Source: Ophelia neglecta (taxonomy: Eukaryota). From it: a stretch of DNA of 64,000 bases. The position numbers and the translations under genes are program-made. Location: assembly GCA_965285935.1 (NCBI GenBank), contig OZ260661.1, positions 141,608,001 to 141,672,000 of the forward strand. The letters run 5' to 3'. How positions within the stretch are numbered: the first letter of the stretch is position 1; every line of letters starts with the position of its first letter. The notes below the pieces were generated by a model, which saw only the letters and a list, made by a program, of their open reading frames with translations, had not been told where the DNA came from and did no database searches. Below are positions 63,684 through 64,000 of this stretch, piece after piece.

Positions 63684-63850
63684 ATATACCAAGCTGCATA
63701 CACCTCCCTCTTTGCATACACCTGTAGAAATTAGCCTGGTGGAAGGCCAAACGGCACGATTTGTTCAACTTCATGATTTGGAAGGCAATCAAGACTGGTG
63801 ACAGGTTTAATATGATGGGCGGCAGGGCTATGCTCCAGTTTCAAGACTAC
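63684..63850 (+). pseudogene. Decayed C-terminal SH3 exon of the DNMBP-derived gene
   Basis: After the acceptor TTTTACAG the sequence reads IYQAAYT, then in the +1 frame PVEISLVEGQTARFVQLHDLEGNQDW*QV*YDGRQGYAP. This is an SH3 consensus with one frameshift, a TGA at 63799 and a TAA at 63808. Confidence 0.8.
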
Positions 63851-64000
63851 AACTACAAGGCCCAATAGTCCATATGTCCATATACATTGTTGATGTGTGT
63901 ATAGAAGTTTGGACAAGGTTTTTACCTCATGAATGTCGCTGGGAGAACTTCGAAAAACTGTTAAAAGTTAAACATATCCTTCATAGTAGCTGTGATATAC

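Noticed and set aside
63799-63801. In-frame TGA as selenocysteine or readthrough
   Set aside because: It replaces a conserved Trp and is accompanied by a TAA and a frameshift, which fits decay.

Overview
AT-rich metazoan genomic DNA. It is probably a marine lophotrochozoan-type invertebrate, judged from the V-SINE-like SINEs, an RTE-X LINE and a GRL101-like receptor. There is one 157-N gap. Five host genes can be reconstructed: (1) an intronless type II membrane glycosyltransferase-like ORF (3001-4041 +); (2) a 5-exon multipass membrane protein (18454-23858 +); (3) a two-exon ~2035-aa CUB/C-type lectin/LDLa/LRR/7TM GRL101-like GPCR (31746-40608 -), with a near-identical truncated tandem copy of its 3' half; (4) a tandem-GNAT (MPR1-like) acetyltransferase ending in a PTS1 (45207-47127 -); (5) a 20-exon Macro-DH-BAR protein (52293-63515 +) followed by a decayed SH3 exon. 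Two signals stand out. The first is an 8.08-kb transposase-less element (41857-49936) with ~940-bp terminal inverted repeats and a TGAA target-site duplication, enclosing the whole spliced GNAT gene (Pack-type gene capture). The second is the in-phase fusion of a PARP14/15-type macrodomain to a Tuba/DNMBP-type RhoGEF-BAR module that has lost its SH3 domains. Also present are an RTE-X LINE with intact ORF2 but no usable AUG, two SINEs, many MITEs with TSDs, and minisatellites, two of them built from splice-site sequences. All gene models are manual splice-phase reconstructions without transcript evidence.
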